A stretch of DNA of 64,000 nucleotides from Eledone cirrhosa. Lineage: Eukaryota. Position 1 is the first letter of the stretch. The number at the start of each line of letters is the position of its first letter. The notes below the pieces were generated by a model. It made no database searches. It was not told the origin of the DNA and saw nothing but the letters and a program-made list of their open reading frames with translations. This document shows, piece after piece, positions 1 through 14,580 of this stretch. A program made the position numbers and the translations under genes. The DNA lies in the NCBI GenBank assembly GCA_964016885.1, contig OZ024742.1, positions 81,344,001 through 81,408,000 on the forward strand. Reading direction: 5' to 3'.

Positions 1-423
1 AGAACCACTCGAAGGGTGGTTCTTCTAGCAAGTGTAGTGTGCATATTGGTATTATACGCAAATATAAATGCATGTAGATATGATATGTCAAATGAAATCG
101 TAACTGACAACATGCAGAGATATTAAACGAAGTCTGTGTTACACTCTCTTCTATAATTAGTAAAGTAATCCATGATACATTAAAACAAGACGATATCATA
201 TATAAACTGCATATATAATAAACTAAAATGTTATGAACATGAAAAAGGACAAAATTAGCAACGGAAATATAAACCTTATACAACAATGCGATGCTAGTAT
301 CTAAACTTTTATGTAAGCGATGTGATAAGTGCTATGATATACGGACGCTAATCGGAAGTGTTGATATTTGATAATTTTAAAGAAGTGAATCTTTAAATAA
401 GCAATACTTATTATATAAGATTA

Positions 424-520
424 TTGACTTTGCCTTTCATCCTTACGGCGTCGATAAAATAAAGTACCAGTAATGCACAGGGTAATTGCTGGTCTTGTGC
501 CTAAAGTAGAAACAATTATT
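424..520 (+). mobile_element. SINE family A, 3' part
   Basis: gactttgcctttcatccttacggcgtcgataaaataaagtaccag...ggtcttgtgcctaaagtagaaac; same motif at 4083, 9092, 9285, 9421, 13426, 51743. Confidence 0.75.
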
Positions 521-789
521 ATTGTTTCATGAAAAGCTATGAAATTTAGTAGATAAATTACATAATATCAATTCATTATTTATTCAAAGAAATCCAACTT
601 ATTTTACTCACGGGATAAAAATATACAAAACGTACGCTGTCGCGCGCTCCTCACTTTGTTATATTAATGATGTACAGTATTAACAGCCACATGTAGATTG
701 AAAGTTATATCATGCCTGGCTGGTGTAAAACAGCCAACTGGAATGTGCAGATGACATTGTGTTAATTAACTCGACATAATGTCTACTTG

Positions 790-1230
790 CACTCAATAGG
801 TTTGTTGCCGAGTGCGGCATGGCTGGAATGAAAATAAGTGCTGCGCAATCTAATACTCTAGTTCTCTCAAGGAAGACTGCGCAGTGGATTTTCATGTAAA
901 TGAAATTCGACTGAAGCAGGTGGAGAGGTTCAAGTAACTCGAGGTCATTATCCCGAGTTATGGAAGGCAGGAGGATGCATTAAGTACAATAATTGCAAAA
1001 GGAGGTGCAGTAATGTGCCAGTTACAGCACACTTAATTAGAAGTGTTAGGTAGTCGTGAAATCCTAACTGCCTATCTTCAAATGGGTATTCGTGCCAACC
1101 CTTATGAATCACGGTTACTGACCGAAATAATATGATTGCGAATACAAGCGGTTCCTCCGAAGGGTCTTTGGAGTAACGTAACACGATAGAGTGTGTGTTG
1201 CACGAATAACACACACATGTGAATAATTAA
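790..1230 (+). pseudogene. Decayed RTE-clade LINE reverse transcriptase fragment
   Basis: Translates across stops and frameshifts to RFVAECGMAGMKIS...LKQVERFK*L...IAKGGAVM...VFVPTL, matching the RT domain 6-7/thumb of RTE LINEs; homologous to 45790-45970. Confidence 0.65.
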
Positions 1231-1601
1231 CACTTACGCGATCTTTGCACAAAACGGCCTAGATGACGTGTATAAATTGTTTTACTAGCAAAAGCCGTGA
1301 ATATGAAAATGTCTATAAACTCATCATTTCAGGAGTAGCAATTGGTAATATATATTTAACAATTAGTCAGTAATATACATTATATTTTAATGAATAACAT
1401 TAATTTGAATATAACTGATACAAGTATATAATCACAAACATGAAACCATCTGAAATAAAGCTCAGAATTGATTAAAGGAAAGATGGTAATAGACCAATTT
1501 AAACTAAAGAAACCGCATTAACATATCCCCAGATGAAACAAATATTGTTTAGCAATCTAAATCCGGATTGCTCAACGAATACACACACACAGACACACAC
1601 A

Positions 1602-1697
<96 letters not shown>

Positions 1698-1847
1698 CAT
1701 TGAGTGCTTTGTGATTACCTCAATCTCGATTAGTACTTGCTGTATGGAGCTACAACTTCGATTCATACCCAATATCATGTAAACATATATATATATACAT
1801 ATATACATACACACACCACACACACATACACACACACACACATACAT

Positions 1848-1882
<35 letters not shown>

Positions 1883-2734
1883 GTGTGCATATATATATAT
1901 ATATATACAATATATATATTGTATATATATATTGTGTATTGTGTATAATTGTATTGTTGTAAATGGCATGTAGTGTCTGGAATCCACATTTTTATACAAA
2001 AGGTTTCTTTTTATTCGCCCGACCCTTTTGGATATGGCGAAATATAAAACACCTAATTACTTAAGAATTAAACTCAATAAGAATTGTGTGTTGCTGTTAA
2101 TGATATAATATGTTTAAATTCTGTGTGTTTATCAAGATTTTTCCTGTTGAAATGTAGAGCGATACTTCCGGTACTCCCCAGTTGTTTTTGAATTTGTGTG
2201 GGAAATGTGTCTCCATGTAATGGTAGTCAATCACTATATTCTTGTCATGGAAACGAATCAGTTAAGAATCAGTATATGATTAATCAATTATGTTACGATC
2301 GTCTCTGTTGGCGAAAAAAGGAAATAAGAAATGTTTTAATGTGTTAATTATTCGATAGCAGTAATTCAACTCCATACAACTTGCCTAGAAGAAGCACACA
2401 TATTCTGCACTCTAGCCTCATAAACAATTTTTCTGAAGCTTTGTGGCAGAATGGAAGTGCTTTTTCAAGACTAATAATATGTAGCTGTTATCGTATAGAT
2501 AATTACTTTTTGCCCAAGGAATTTATTGGAAAATAATGAATTAATTAACTATTAAATATTGTTTTCTTTGTTTCCTTGTTCCTCATGTTATATCTGACTG
2601 GTAGGTTTTGAATACTAAACGATGTATAAGAGATTACCACATTTTCACCAACAAAACATACCGTTCATCTTTGATGGATATTCATATCAACTCTACCTCG
2701 AGTTTTAACATGGTTATGAGTCATATCTTAATTG

Positions 2735-2752
2735 TATATATATATATGTACA

Positions 2753-2805
<53 letters not shown>

Positions 2806-2810
2806 ATATA

Positions 2811-2856
<46 letters not shown>

Positions 2857-2943
2857 CGCCCACACACACACACTGACAGACATATATACACACGCACACA
2901 CACACACATATATATTATATATATATATATATATACATATACA

Positions 2944-3008
<65 letters not shown>

Positions 3009-3011
3009 CAG

Positions 3012-3042
<31 letters not shown>

Positions 3043-3122
3043 TATATATATACATATATATACATATACAGTATATATATGTATATATATACATATATAT
3101 ACAGTATATATATACATATACA

Positions 3123-3180
<58 letters not shown>
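2735..3180. repeat. Long compound (TA)n/(CA)n microsatellite
   Basis: Directly visible; source of the YIYI ORFs. Confidence 0.95.
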
Positions 3181-3183
<3 letters not shown>

Positions 3184-3818
3184 GGTGCATATTCTAATCA
3201 TTATTAGTGCTAATTTAATTTGGTAATATTGGAATTTTTGGAATTCGTTATACTATGGTCCGTGACGCAAACATATAGCCATTGAATGTTAATAATGGCT
3301 TGGTACTAATTATAGTAAATAATTGCATTACCACTCCAGAAAAATAACATATAAATGATATAATATGATTATTGTTGTGCAGAGTATTGAAGAAAAATTA
3401 AGTATACACACTAATCAAAACACTAGCAATGAAATATGTTTTTCTGAAACTAATTTAATAAAATATCTTTAAAAGGAAAAATTGAGTAAACGTTCCTTGA
3501 ATTTATTATCGTCTACCATTACATTCATGTCATTTATGAAAGAGGAAGATGCGTTGAACGATTAGGGTTAACACTAATAGCCTATTACAAAAGTGAGATT
3601 TGAATAGCAAAAATATAATTTTAAATTACGCAGTTATCTGATTGTAATGATGTAGGGGATATTCAATCTTTAACTTGAGCAAAATTGATATAAGTAAATT
3701 AAATTTGAATATTCCCGTCACTTGATTTTATTATGTGCTATGCAGATTTTTGGATTTTATTAAATAATTAAAACGTCGTACCCCACCGTGGATGAATTAC
3801 ACAGCAGAACTATGTATA

Positions 3819-4036
3819 TACGAGGAAGGTCTGTAAAGTTCATAGGCTGACAATGGTCGAGTGATGCTAAGATTTTGAAATGTTTCAGGCATTTATTTAA
3901 ACTATTCGTATTAACAACCCCATTGTTTCTTTCCAAGAATTGTGTTGAAAAATAAACCTCATATGTTCATTCAATGAGAGTATCGTGGTCACCCTCTGAA
4001 CGTTTCAGCCAATGAAACTTTCAGCCGACTCACGTA
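3819..4036. mobile_element. Mariner-type MITE, degenerate
   Basis: Imperfect TIRs tacgaggaaggtctgtaaagtt ... aacttttcagccgactcacgta, with TA at both ends. Confidence 0.5.
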
Positions 4037-4082
4037 TGATATTACTTGTAACTTCATATTTAGGTTATTTGTTATTTATGTT

Positions 4083-4270
4083 CGTTGGATTGGCAGTATC
4101 GGTAGAGGGTCGGACGGGACGCTTTGACGCAGAGAGTTACGGCCCTTTACATTCTGAGTTCAAATCCCGCTGAGGTTAACTTTGACTTTCATCCTTACGG
4201 TGTTGATAAAATAAAGTACGAGTAATGCACTGGGTAATTGCTGGCCTTGTGCCAAAAAGTAGAAACATTT
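4083..4270 (+). mobile_element. SINE family A, near full length (tRNA-derived head)
   Basis: A-box-like tggcagtatcggtag and B-box gagttcaaatcc, followed by the conserved ctttcatccttacgg...gataaaataaagtac core. Confidence 0.8.
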
Positions 4271-4803
4271 ATGTATGTTCGTTAATATTTTTATATATTT
4301 CGTTAATATTTTTATAGATTTCGACTATTTATATATTTCGACGGATTTGTGAAAATGTCCATCCCTATGAAATGTTTGATAAAAGGCAAATCATAACATG
4401 GTCAATCATATCCTTTTCACCATTGATGTGTACGCATAGTTTAAATCGTGGCCCTGAATATGTGGATATCATAAAATATACTATACGATGTGGTTAGGAT
4501 ATCAAAAAGTCCGAAGCAGTGTGTGTATATATTTATATATTGATTTATATACAACGCCTAACATTTGAAAGAAAGTTTCATGCGTATTACACCAATTAAA
4601 CACAGCACGAATAAGTATGCCTTTGATGCACTAGAAAAAGATATCCACTTTCAATTGCTGAAATCAAATCTTAAATGGCCGGAACTGACATGTGTAGGAC
4701 ATCTTCAGACACGCTAATTTTAGTGACAATTATGAGATATAAACAAATGGATATTGATTACTGAATATTTTCTGTATTTACTTAATATAACAAATATAGA
4801 ACA

Positions 4804-4915
<112 letters not shown>

Positions 4916-4929
4916 ATTTATATATATAT

Positions 4930-5636
4930 ATTCGGAACAGGGCCATCACTTATACAGAACATCGACAACCATTCAGAAACTATTCAGACACACACAAACA
5001 CTTGCACCACTTTCGCACACATGCAAACGTACATTTCACACGAACCCATATCATCCTCTCTTGACAATAAAAACACACACACACACGTGCGCATCCTCAC
5101 ATTCACCCACACTGCTTCCGGATTCAGCAGGATAATCCGACACATTTCCATCTACATACACAGAGTTACACTCAACCCCAACACGCACACTGGTTTTTTT
5201 AAAACCCACGACTCAGCCCTCCCCCAGACTATCACATTTACATCCACGCATACACATACACACACGTACACCTATTCAAACACAAACATCTCACCGCCGC
5301 CATCCAAGCTCGGACTACTTTTTTTCCATTCCGCCTTCTCTCTCCCCTTCCATCCACCCCTCACGCACCACCGCACCCATGCTCTTCCTGAACCCTACAG
5401 GCCTCTCATATTTTTAAAACTTTTATTTTAACTTTTATTTTGCACTTCATGTTTTATCATTTTCTCCTTTTTTCAACTAACTCCACTCTTCACTCTTTCT
5501 CGGAGTTCCTCCCACCACACTCCTGATGAAGGACTTATGCCCGAATCGACGCACCCACACCACCCTACCTCACTAAGAGTAAACCTATTACCATTTGTAA
5601 CTTGTACTCCTGCGTTGTTATTTTTGGTATTCCTAT
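4930..5636 (+). mobile_element. PLE 3' fragment (degenerate GIY-YIG tail plus pLTR)
   Basis: TEHRQPFRN...HLHHFRTH resembles a GIY-YIG C-terminus; hammerhead-like cctgatgaagg...ccgaatcg at 5522-5548; bounded by microsatellites. Confidence 0.45.
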
Positions 5637-5750
<114 letters not shown>

Positions 5751-5761
5751 GAAAAAACGAG

Positions 5762-5947
5762 GAAGTTTCGTTTACATACGAAAAGTATTTATTGCGTATC
5801 GACCTGTTACGCAAGTTGACCCATAGGAGTTAATAACCCGTCTCCAGTATCAATATGCTCATCAGACTGGTGATGAGCCAATCATCTGCGAAACGCACGT
5901 AACAGGTCGATACGCAATAAATCTTTGTTATATGTAAATGAAAATTT
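5762..5947. repeat. Fold-back element containing a hammerhead-like motif
   Basis: Perfect 25-bp inverted repeat 5787-5811/5898-5922 plus imperfect outer arms; tgatgagc...gcgaaacgcacgta at 5871-5901. Confidence 0.7.
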
Positions 5948-6042
5948 CGGGGTCATACATTTTCCTATTACCCACTCTACTACCCTAAGTATTGAGTACT
6001 CTGGTGCATTATGGACCGTCTGGTTCCTTACCACAACTACTT

Positions 6043-6077
<35 letters not shown>

Positions 6078-6081
<4 letters not shown>

Positions 6082-6612
6082 ATACTTTGGGAGGGTCATG
6101 TTGCCAATAATAGTAGTATAAGGGAACGAATAAATGAACACTGGCGAGACCTTCAAGATAATAAAGAATCATCTGTGCTCTACCAACATGCTAAGATAGA
6201 ACACAGGGGTAGATTAGAGAACATATAAATATAAATAGAATCCACACACAGAAAAGATGCAATGTTTAGGCAAATTACAGAGGCAGTAAGCATAAAAGAA
6301 TTACAACCAAAATTAAATAGAAAATATGAGTGGAACAGGAACATCACAACTTACAATTAAGGACAAAATGAAAACACACACACACATAGAACAAACAACC
6401 AACCAACAATAAATAAATACATAAATAAATAAACCAATAGATAAATGAACACAAACACACACAGACACCTGGATGTGGCGCATGCGCAAACTGAGCACAC
6501 AACACACACACAGAAACAAAATGGCGTAGGATAGAAGAAAGGAAAGGCACAGAAACAAAGAAAGGAATCCCCAGTCACTGAAGAGGTCACATAGTGTGTG
6601 ACGAAAGGACTA
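6078..6612 (+). mobile_element. PLE family 1 3' fragment with short inverted pLTR at the 5' end
   Basis: ERINEHWRDLQDNKESSVLYQHAKIEH is near-identical to 32970-33395; 6078-6110 is the reverse complement of the element end at 33519-33550. Confidence 0.85.
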
Positions 6613-6626
6613 AATTCAGAAACGAA

Positions 6627-6661
<35 letters not shown>

Positions 6662-6662
6662 C

Positions 6663-6721
<59 letters not shown>

Positions 6722-6726
<5 letters not shown>

Positions 6727-7270
6727 ATAATAATAAATTTGATGACTAAAATCCAAAGAGGGTTCGAATGAGGAAAAATATATATCAAGTATATAAGAAC
6801 CGTAGAGCAAATATTTATTAAAATAATCGCTTCTTTCACCCTTAACGGGATCTTCTGAAACTAAAAAAGTCAATCTGTAAACGCCGATGTGAATATTTCA
6901 AAACACGTTGCAACTGGAGGAAGATAGGAAGACGATACTTTGGTTCGTGGAAACGTTCCCTGTGCAAAGAACGGGAAAAAACGAATATAATACGTCATTA
7001 TTTGGAGCAGAGAAAAACAATTACACGCAAAGACAAAAGCACGTTTATGGTATAAAAGAAGTCGTATTATATTCGTTTTTTCCCGTTCTTTGCCAGGGTT
7101 CCCTGGTTTCCACGAACCAAAGTATCGTCTTCCTGTCTTCCTCCGGTTGCAACGTGTTTTGAAATATTCACTTCTGCGTTCACATATTGACTTTGTTAGT
7201 TTCAGAAGATCCCTTAAGTGTGAAAGCAGCGATTCTTTGCTTAAACTTTAATCTGTTATTTTAATAAATA
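6722..7270. repeat. Fold-back non-coding element (arms ~6826-6994 and 7063-7234)
   Basis: Arms are reverse complements; an unfolded copy of the same sequence lies at 25395-25757 in opposite orientation. Confidence 0.85.
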
Positions 7271-7289
7271 TATATACATATAGATATAT

Positions 7290-7363
<74 letters not shown>

Positions 7364-8381
7364 CCAAAGCATGTATTGAGTTAGAAACTCAAAATAGTCT
7401 CATTTCAGTAAACGTAGCTCAAGGAAAAAGGTTTTTCCGAGCCATATAGTATAACTGAACAAAATAGAAAAACGAACACAGACATATACATGTATGTGTT
7501 GAAATCGTAATGGACCAGAAACGCTAAGGTTAAACAAATACAAACTACAGACAATAGGGTTTGGCTAGACTCAATTTAAGAATAAATCAAGAAAATTAAA
7601 TGCAAACCAGTATTGTGGTAACTACACATCAACCGGACGGTGTTTGATAGAACCGTTTCGCAATAATATTTTTGAAGAGGTATATCAAATTCCTAGCTCA
7701 TCAGCGGGTGAAGAATTAGAATCCTGATCACTTTTAAATTAAATAAAGAACTGGATAGTGTCCTGTTGTGGGCAACGCTAGGTCAGGTGACCATATCTTT
7801 CTCATACAAAACTTATTTTCTCATACAAAACTGGTTTCTACAACCGGTTGCCCTTCCTAACGCTAACCTCATTTACAATGAGTAGTGGATGTTTTCTGTT
7901 GACACCTACAGGAATAATTTACTGTGTGGGCTGGGCGCAATTTACCGTGTCACCATCCCGACCAGTTTACAGTATGGGCTGTGGGCTTCACTGGATGCAT
8001 ACTTCAGCCTATTCTCATGGGAGATATATTCGATGATGGGTTGTGGAATACTGTATATTTGCTTCAGCTTAGGCATCTGCCTGTGGGAAGTCGGGTGATC
8101 TGTATTACTGTGTAACGCCAGAGACCTCGGTCCTGAGTCATCAATATCATCTTATTACAAATCGTTTGACGTCTGATGTTTGGGATGTTACTGGATAAAT
8201 AGATTTAAAGAAGCTTTAAGCAGATCATATATTTTTGATTCAAAAAGAATATTGTGTGCATATAGATGCAACTGTATTATTGAAAGTTGTTTAGGAAAGT
8301 CTATTCTAAGTCCCTGCCAAATAGATGTAGGTATATCGCAAAGTGCAAGCTAGCTGAGGATAAGTGTGGTTTCACAGAGAT

Positions 8382-8412
<31 letters not shown>

Positions 8413-9091
8413 TTTTCTCCTTCTTATACTTTTTCTTCGCCTGCTTATACATAGGAATGATGTAGAGGCAGACACTTCAAGGAAACTTTCCTGCGGTTTC
8501 GGTCAGAAGCAACCGTCTTGAACTGATGCACTGGATCATTTATCACTCTCTCGCATGACAGTAAATTTAATTTGAAAGGATAAGTTTTCTAAAAAATACC
8601 CCTATTGATTATGTAATAGTATTTTATTCATATTTTTCATCTAGAGTAGAATAAAATCTCGCTGTTAACCAAGAGGTGGATATCAGTGATATTAATGCAT
8701 TATTGTCTTAATTATTGATTGTCAATAACGTAATTGCAATTTCAGACCGATATTTTATTTATTAACTGTTATATCTGATTAATGTTCTCTGATATCCTTT
8801 CCACTTCAACATATTATTTACCATAATGATTTACCAAATTCTTCACGTAACGTCAAAAAATGTTATTCAAATGTATTTCATTTCGATAACAAATTACTAC
8901 AGTATTCTTCAATGTTCTAGAATCAACCGTGATTTAAATGATAAGAAAGGGAGATTTGAACGCAAAAGTATATAACTTAGAAAACTAAATAAAGAATTCT
9001 AATGGAAAATAAAACGCGTGACGCATTAAATCTGTAATATGATTGCAAATAGGAATGCACATTTTTCCTGTCTAACACATATTATTTCTTT

Positions 9092-9250
9092 TTGATTCTA
9101 CTTTTCGCACAAGGCCTGTAATTATACAAGTGTATTACTGGTACTTTATTTTATCGACCCCGTAAGAATGAAAGGCAAATTTAACCGTGGCGCGATTTGA
9201 ACTCAGACCATAAAGGGCCGTAACTCTTTGCTGTAAAGCATGGCGTCAGA
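9092..9250 (-). mobile_element. SINE family A
   Basis: ctggtactttattttatcgaccccgtaagaatgaaaggcaaa is the reverse complement of the core. Confidence 0.8.
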
Positions 9251-9284
9251 CCATGTCATGCTCTCTAGCATAGTTATGCCTATT

Positions 9285-9615
9285 TACGGTCTGAGTTCAA
9301 ATCATGCCGAGGTTAACTTTGCCTTTCATCCTTACGGGGTCGATAAAATAAAGTACCAGTTATGTACTGGGTAATTGTTGGCCTTGTGCAAAAAGTAGAA
9401 ACAATTATCTAAATTATTTACGGTGGTGGATTAGCAGTTTCGGTAGAGGGTCTAAACGCCATGCTTTGCAGCAAAGTGTTACAATCCTTTATAGTCTGAG
9501 TTCAAATCCCGCCAAGATTAACTTTGCCTTTCATTCTTACGGGTCGATAAAATAAAGTACTGGTGATACACTGGGATATTTGCTGGCCGGTGATACACTG
9601 GGATAATTGCTGGCA
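9285..9615 (+). mobile_element. Two tandem SINE family A copies (9285-9408, 9421-9615)
   Basis: ctgagttcaaatc...ctttgcctttcat...gtcgataaaataaagtac occurs twice. Confidence 0.8.
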
Positions 9616-10039
9616 ATTTTCGAAAGAGCACTCTATAAGCCAATACGTGGAATTTTGTATTCCGACAACGTGTCGTCCGTTAATCAAGGAAGATACAGGC
9701 AATTTCAAATAATTAAATTGCCAATAATTTAAGGTTTTCATATGTTAAACTGTCAAATCAATAACATATTAAACCCCGACAGATATTTTCACAGGGTCAA
9801 CATTTGCGGGTACATAACATTTAGTCTCTTAACCTAGATTTCCATGGAAGATGAACTATTTAATATTCCAGTGTGAAACCCGAAATGGCTGCATAGGAGG
9901 ATGTATATATACACGCATATATATGATTTGCTGAATGTTCGTGGAAAGGATAGCATTGGAAGGGAGAATTTGCTTTATGAAGATTAGGCTGATAGAGTGT
10001 GATGAATCATTGTGTGCCATGTAGATTATTATGTGTCAT

Positions 10040-10175
10040 GTAGGCGATATGTCTTAGTGGTTAGAGCATTAGGCTTGTGAGTTCAATTCTAGGACCGGAT
10101 GACGTGCTGCTTCCTTGAGCAAGACACTTTATTTCACGTTGCTCCGGTTTGCTTAGTTGTAGAAATGAGATGATA
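10040..10175 (+). mobile_element. SINE family B (tRNA-derived)
   Basis: tagtggttagagc...gtgagttcaattc...ccttgagcaagacactttatttcacgttgctcc; homologous to 35430 and 58715. Confidence 0.7.
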
Positions 10176-11992
10176 GGACAGGGGTCCCTATCATTAAATC
10201 ACCGAAGACACCTCCAACGAGCTATACCTTGGAGGAGGCCAGCTAAACCTGCATAGGTGTGAGCTGTCATACACACATGTAGATTGCATGATTATACAAT
10301 AGATGTAGATATAGTAATCTAAGTATTCCCTGCTATGATACTCGATTGCACACGTTGGCAACAAATATCTATCAAGGAAAGGAGTAACTGGTAAGAAACT
10401 TATCCCTGATCTAAACATAAACTGAGAGACGTTAATAGAGCCCTGTTGTATTAATGACCTGTTTATCATAAAAAAATATGTCTGCTCAATTATATATATG
10501 AATATACATGATATAAGTACAATATAGAATAGGTGAGTATTTGATTTTCTTAATCTCTTTAATCGTTTTTGCTTCTCTCTGGGTTACTTATGTTCACAGA
10601 CGTCTGTACTCTCAACTTATCACCATCATGTTATCTTCAAATTGAGGCACCTAATGTAAATTAAAACATAAAAATCCCAAAATTTTCTGGATCAGCTTGA
10701 ACAAGGGGAATAAGTGAGATACCCTGGCTGAAGTGTAATCCAAGTCCAAATTTAAGGAACACCCTGAAGAAACGTTATGATGCGGAAATGTTATAGCTGA
10801 AAGTGTGTAGGTGTTAGTTTTGTCGTAAGAGGAAACATTAGGATAGCCAGGATATTAAAGTTGTAAACAAAGTGAAGGAAACGTTAAAGACATTGGTGTG
10901 GAAATATGCTTTCATTCTTTCATTTGTGACACAGGAAGTAGGAGTAAATCACAACAGAATCAGGAATGATATCGAAGAGTACAGTTTCGTTAAAATCTCA
11001 CTTTGGACCAACAAAAAATGTGTTTTCTGACATCACTCGGCGACATCGAAACGAGAATTACCTTTCCAGGCCTGCTACAACGAATTCGTCCGGCTTTCTT
11101 ACCTCAGAAAAAAAAAAAGAAACGAAGCCTCCACGTTAGAAGGCGAAGATGCTTTGTGGATCTCCTGAAACCGTTAACAGGTACACCGGATACATTTAGA
11201 GTTGAAGGAAATATTCTTGACAGCTGAGCTCACCAGAGCAACTGAAATTCTATAATGTGGTATAGAAACTCATGGGTATGGAATTCGGTCCAATTTGTTA
11301 AAACCCGTATAAAGAGAAGTTATGCTCTTGCTGACACATGTACACCTTGTGGTCTGGTTCTCTGAAATGACAGTTGGGAGTGATATTTTGAAAAATTGTG
11401 GTAATAATATTAACTATGGAAGACATTTAAAAGACGAGAAATACGTGTGATGAAAGCATATAAACCATTATCTTTATACTTTTTCTTTTGTTGCTGCTAA
11501 AATGTGCATTTCTCTTAGACCCAACTTTTAATGGCACGATGCTGTACATAATCATGGTTTCAATAAACCAAGTTGAATAAAAAACATGCTTTATATGTAT
11601 TCCTCTCGCATTGTACTGTACATTTATATCAGTTGTAAATTTAATAGCATTATTAACATGTTATATATTTACCTCAAAGCACATTCGAATTTCCCAGCTG
11701 CATCAACGATAGACGAGTAGAGCAAAATATAAGAATGTTTGAAAAAAGCAGGAAGACGCCTTTATTTCTACTGATGTTATCCTCATATTAATATGGTTAC
11801 TGCTTGTCTTTCTACTAAGAGTTTTAGTTTAGTAACTTGGAAGAAACATGACAATGACCTCACCCATCCCAACCCACCGTCTCTTACCACAAGAAAAGAA
11901 AAGATATAAATATCACCACATGCTTGCAAAGCCAGCTTCGTGGTGATTTCTCACGAATGAAATAGTTCTAGTCCTGTAGAAGCTTTTCTATA

Positions 11993-12079
<87 letters not shown>

Positions 12080-13425
12080 GCATACATACTAATCTACATA
12101 CATATATACAAACAATTATGCTTATATGTTTGTCACTGATTTTATATTCGGTATTCATTTATTCATTGCTATCGTCAAGCTTCTATTTCCTATTGGGAAA
12201 TAACGTGACCCTAACGATTTTTATTTTAATTGATTCTGTTAATCTCAAGCGATTTGTGTAAAATTGAAGTATTGATTCAAAAGGTATCGATTCAAATATA
12301 TTCATTGCTTAGACTTGCTGGTTGTTTTCTTGTTATTTATTTTCATTCATTTTGTAATGTCTTTTTGTGTTCCATCTTTGCTAAAATACGAGATGTAGAG
12401 TGCCACGGACGATATATATAATGCATAAATTATCGATCGTGTATATTTTTCTAACAATATGACACAGACCCAGATCGATTCTAACTGGATCATCCTATGT
12501 GTGCATATATTGAATTTGAGAAGAGGAAAGTATCAAATAGAGTCGCTCACACATATACACACTTTAACATACTCCCTGCATATTAACCGTGTAATAGTTG
12601 CTATATGCAATATATTTTAAGATTAAAGATCAACAATTAACTGATAAAATTATTTTGCTTTTACTGACAACGTGCGTGAATTCTACATGAGAGATTCAGA
12701 TTCCCGAAACACGCATTAATAAAATAAATAATACTAATTTCTCGTATTAGAAAACTGATACCCAGCATGACATGTGTGAAAAACATGTAATCTTATTGAT
12801 TAAAAGTTTACGCCGTGTTTATGGAAATATTACTATGATTCTGGTAATGTTTTTATCGGTCCTAAATCATATAAACACAAGCCCTTACATGCAATACTGC
12901 TAAGCATATATTTTAATTACGGAGAACAAAACTACCGGTGAAAATGATTTCGAAAATATAGGATTGAACAATGTATTCCTCAGCTAGTATTATAGAAGTG
13001 TTACTAATCTGTCTTTTTCTTCAATATATTCTTTCATACATGTCACATGATAATTGCCAGTAGTTAAAGTATTTCCTGTTTCAGACCTTACTCATCTCAG
13101 TTATCTATTTCAGGTTTATTAGGGTTCGTAGCGTGTAATATGTCGAAATATTGTTGTAGAAATTACTTCCAATGAAAGATTAAGTTGCTGTCGGCTAGGT
13201 TAGCTTAGATTATCGTTAAAATTTCATCCAATCCCTAAATATATGATTTCTCTCTTTGATGTCGTGACTAATGTGATTTATTATTGTCAAACTAAATTAT
13301 TGCTAAAGGAACAAATCAAATTGTATGAGAATCATATATAAATAAATAAATATACCCCCTCTACTGATATACTAAATATCTGACATTTAATCTAGTTTCT
13401 TTCCGGCACACTTAATCCAATAATA

Positions 13426-13610
13426 TTGGATTGGCAGCATCAGTAGAGAGTCGGACACATGCTTTTCAGCAAAGTTACGGCCCATTTGGAGCAGTCTGAG
13501 TTCAGATCCGCCGAGGTTAAATGTGCCTTCCATCCTTACGGAGTCGATAGAGTAATGTACCCTTAATGTACTGGGTATTTGCTGGCCTTGTGACAAAAGT
13601 AGAAACAATG
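13426..13610 (+). mobile_element. SINE family A
   Basis: Diverged copy with both head and core. Confidence 0.75.
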
Positions 13611-14180
13611 ATTATTCAACCCCGCTGCCTATTAAAACTCATGGGCACAAACATTCAGAATGGTAATCAAATTGAAGATTGAAACCTCACCCGAGGATTC
13701 TAGTGTAATCGATATTCTAGTTTAATCCATATTTCGGTAGATCAGTATACACACTTTAGATTATATTTGTAGCAGTTGACTATTTAATTGTTGTTAGTTG
13801 CCCGTCCTAAAGGTATATAAAGATCTAATTGGTATGTTGGCAAGGACGATGAGAAAAACTTGCCTCAACACCTAAATTTAAATCTTTAATTTTAATTTAT
13901 AATTCGTATTAATTCTTTTTATTGTAATACTCAACATTTGATAAGTTTGATTTTACTAATAGACTGAAATCGGTAATAATTTATGTATTTTATATACATT
14001 ATGAAACTCTTTTTTGAAAGAATTCTCCCTATGATTTTGGTCAATAATGTCACTTTGATGAATCAAAGAAAGGTAAAAGATGAAAAACTGACCTTTAAAT
14101 ATATTTTCCGTTTTATTTCCAATTTCACACCATTAAGCAGAATGATATAAATAAATAATAATATAAATATGGAAAAGTAC

Positions 14181-14276
<96 letters not shown>

Positions 14277-14453
14277 GCTTATTTTTCAGTAAAAAAATGG
14301 TAGAAAACTTTAAGCGTTTTTCGGAAACAATTCGTGTCGCAAGAGAGGGTGTATATGTTATTGAAACAAGCACAAAGAAACCTCTGCAACATCTGCTTAT
14401 TTCAAAATCTTATGCTGCATTTGGCTGACATGCTTGAAATACATTTTTCGAAA

Positions 14454-14507
14454 ACTAGAATGAAGAGGTTTTTATCCCCGATTGAACCTGGGACTCACAT
14501 ACACAAA

Positions 14508-14580
<73 letters not shown>

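Noticed and set aside
10690-11300. Possible mariner transposase remnant (LH...KMLC)
   Set aside because: Similarity is too weak to support by eye and no TIRs were found.
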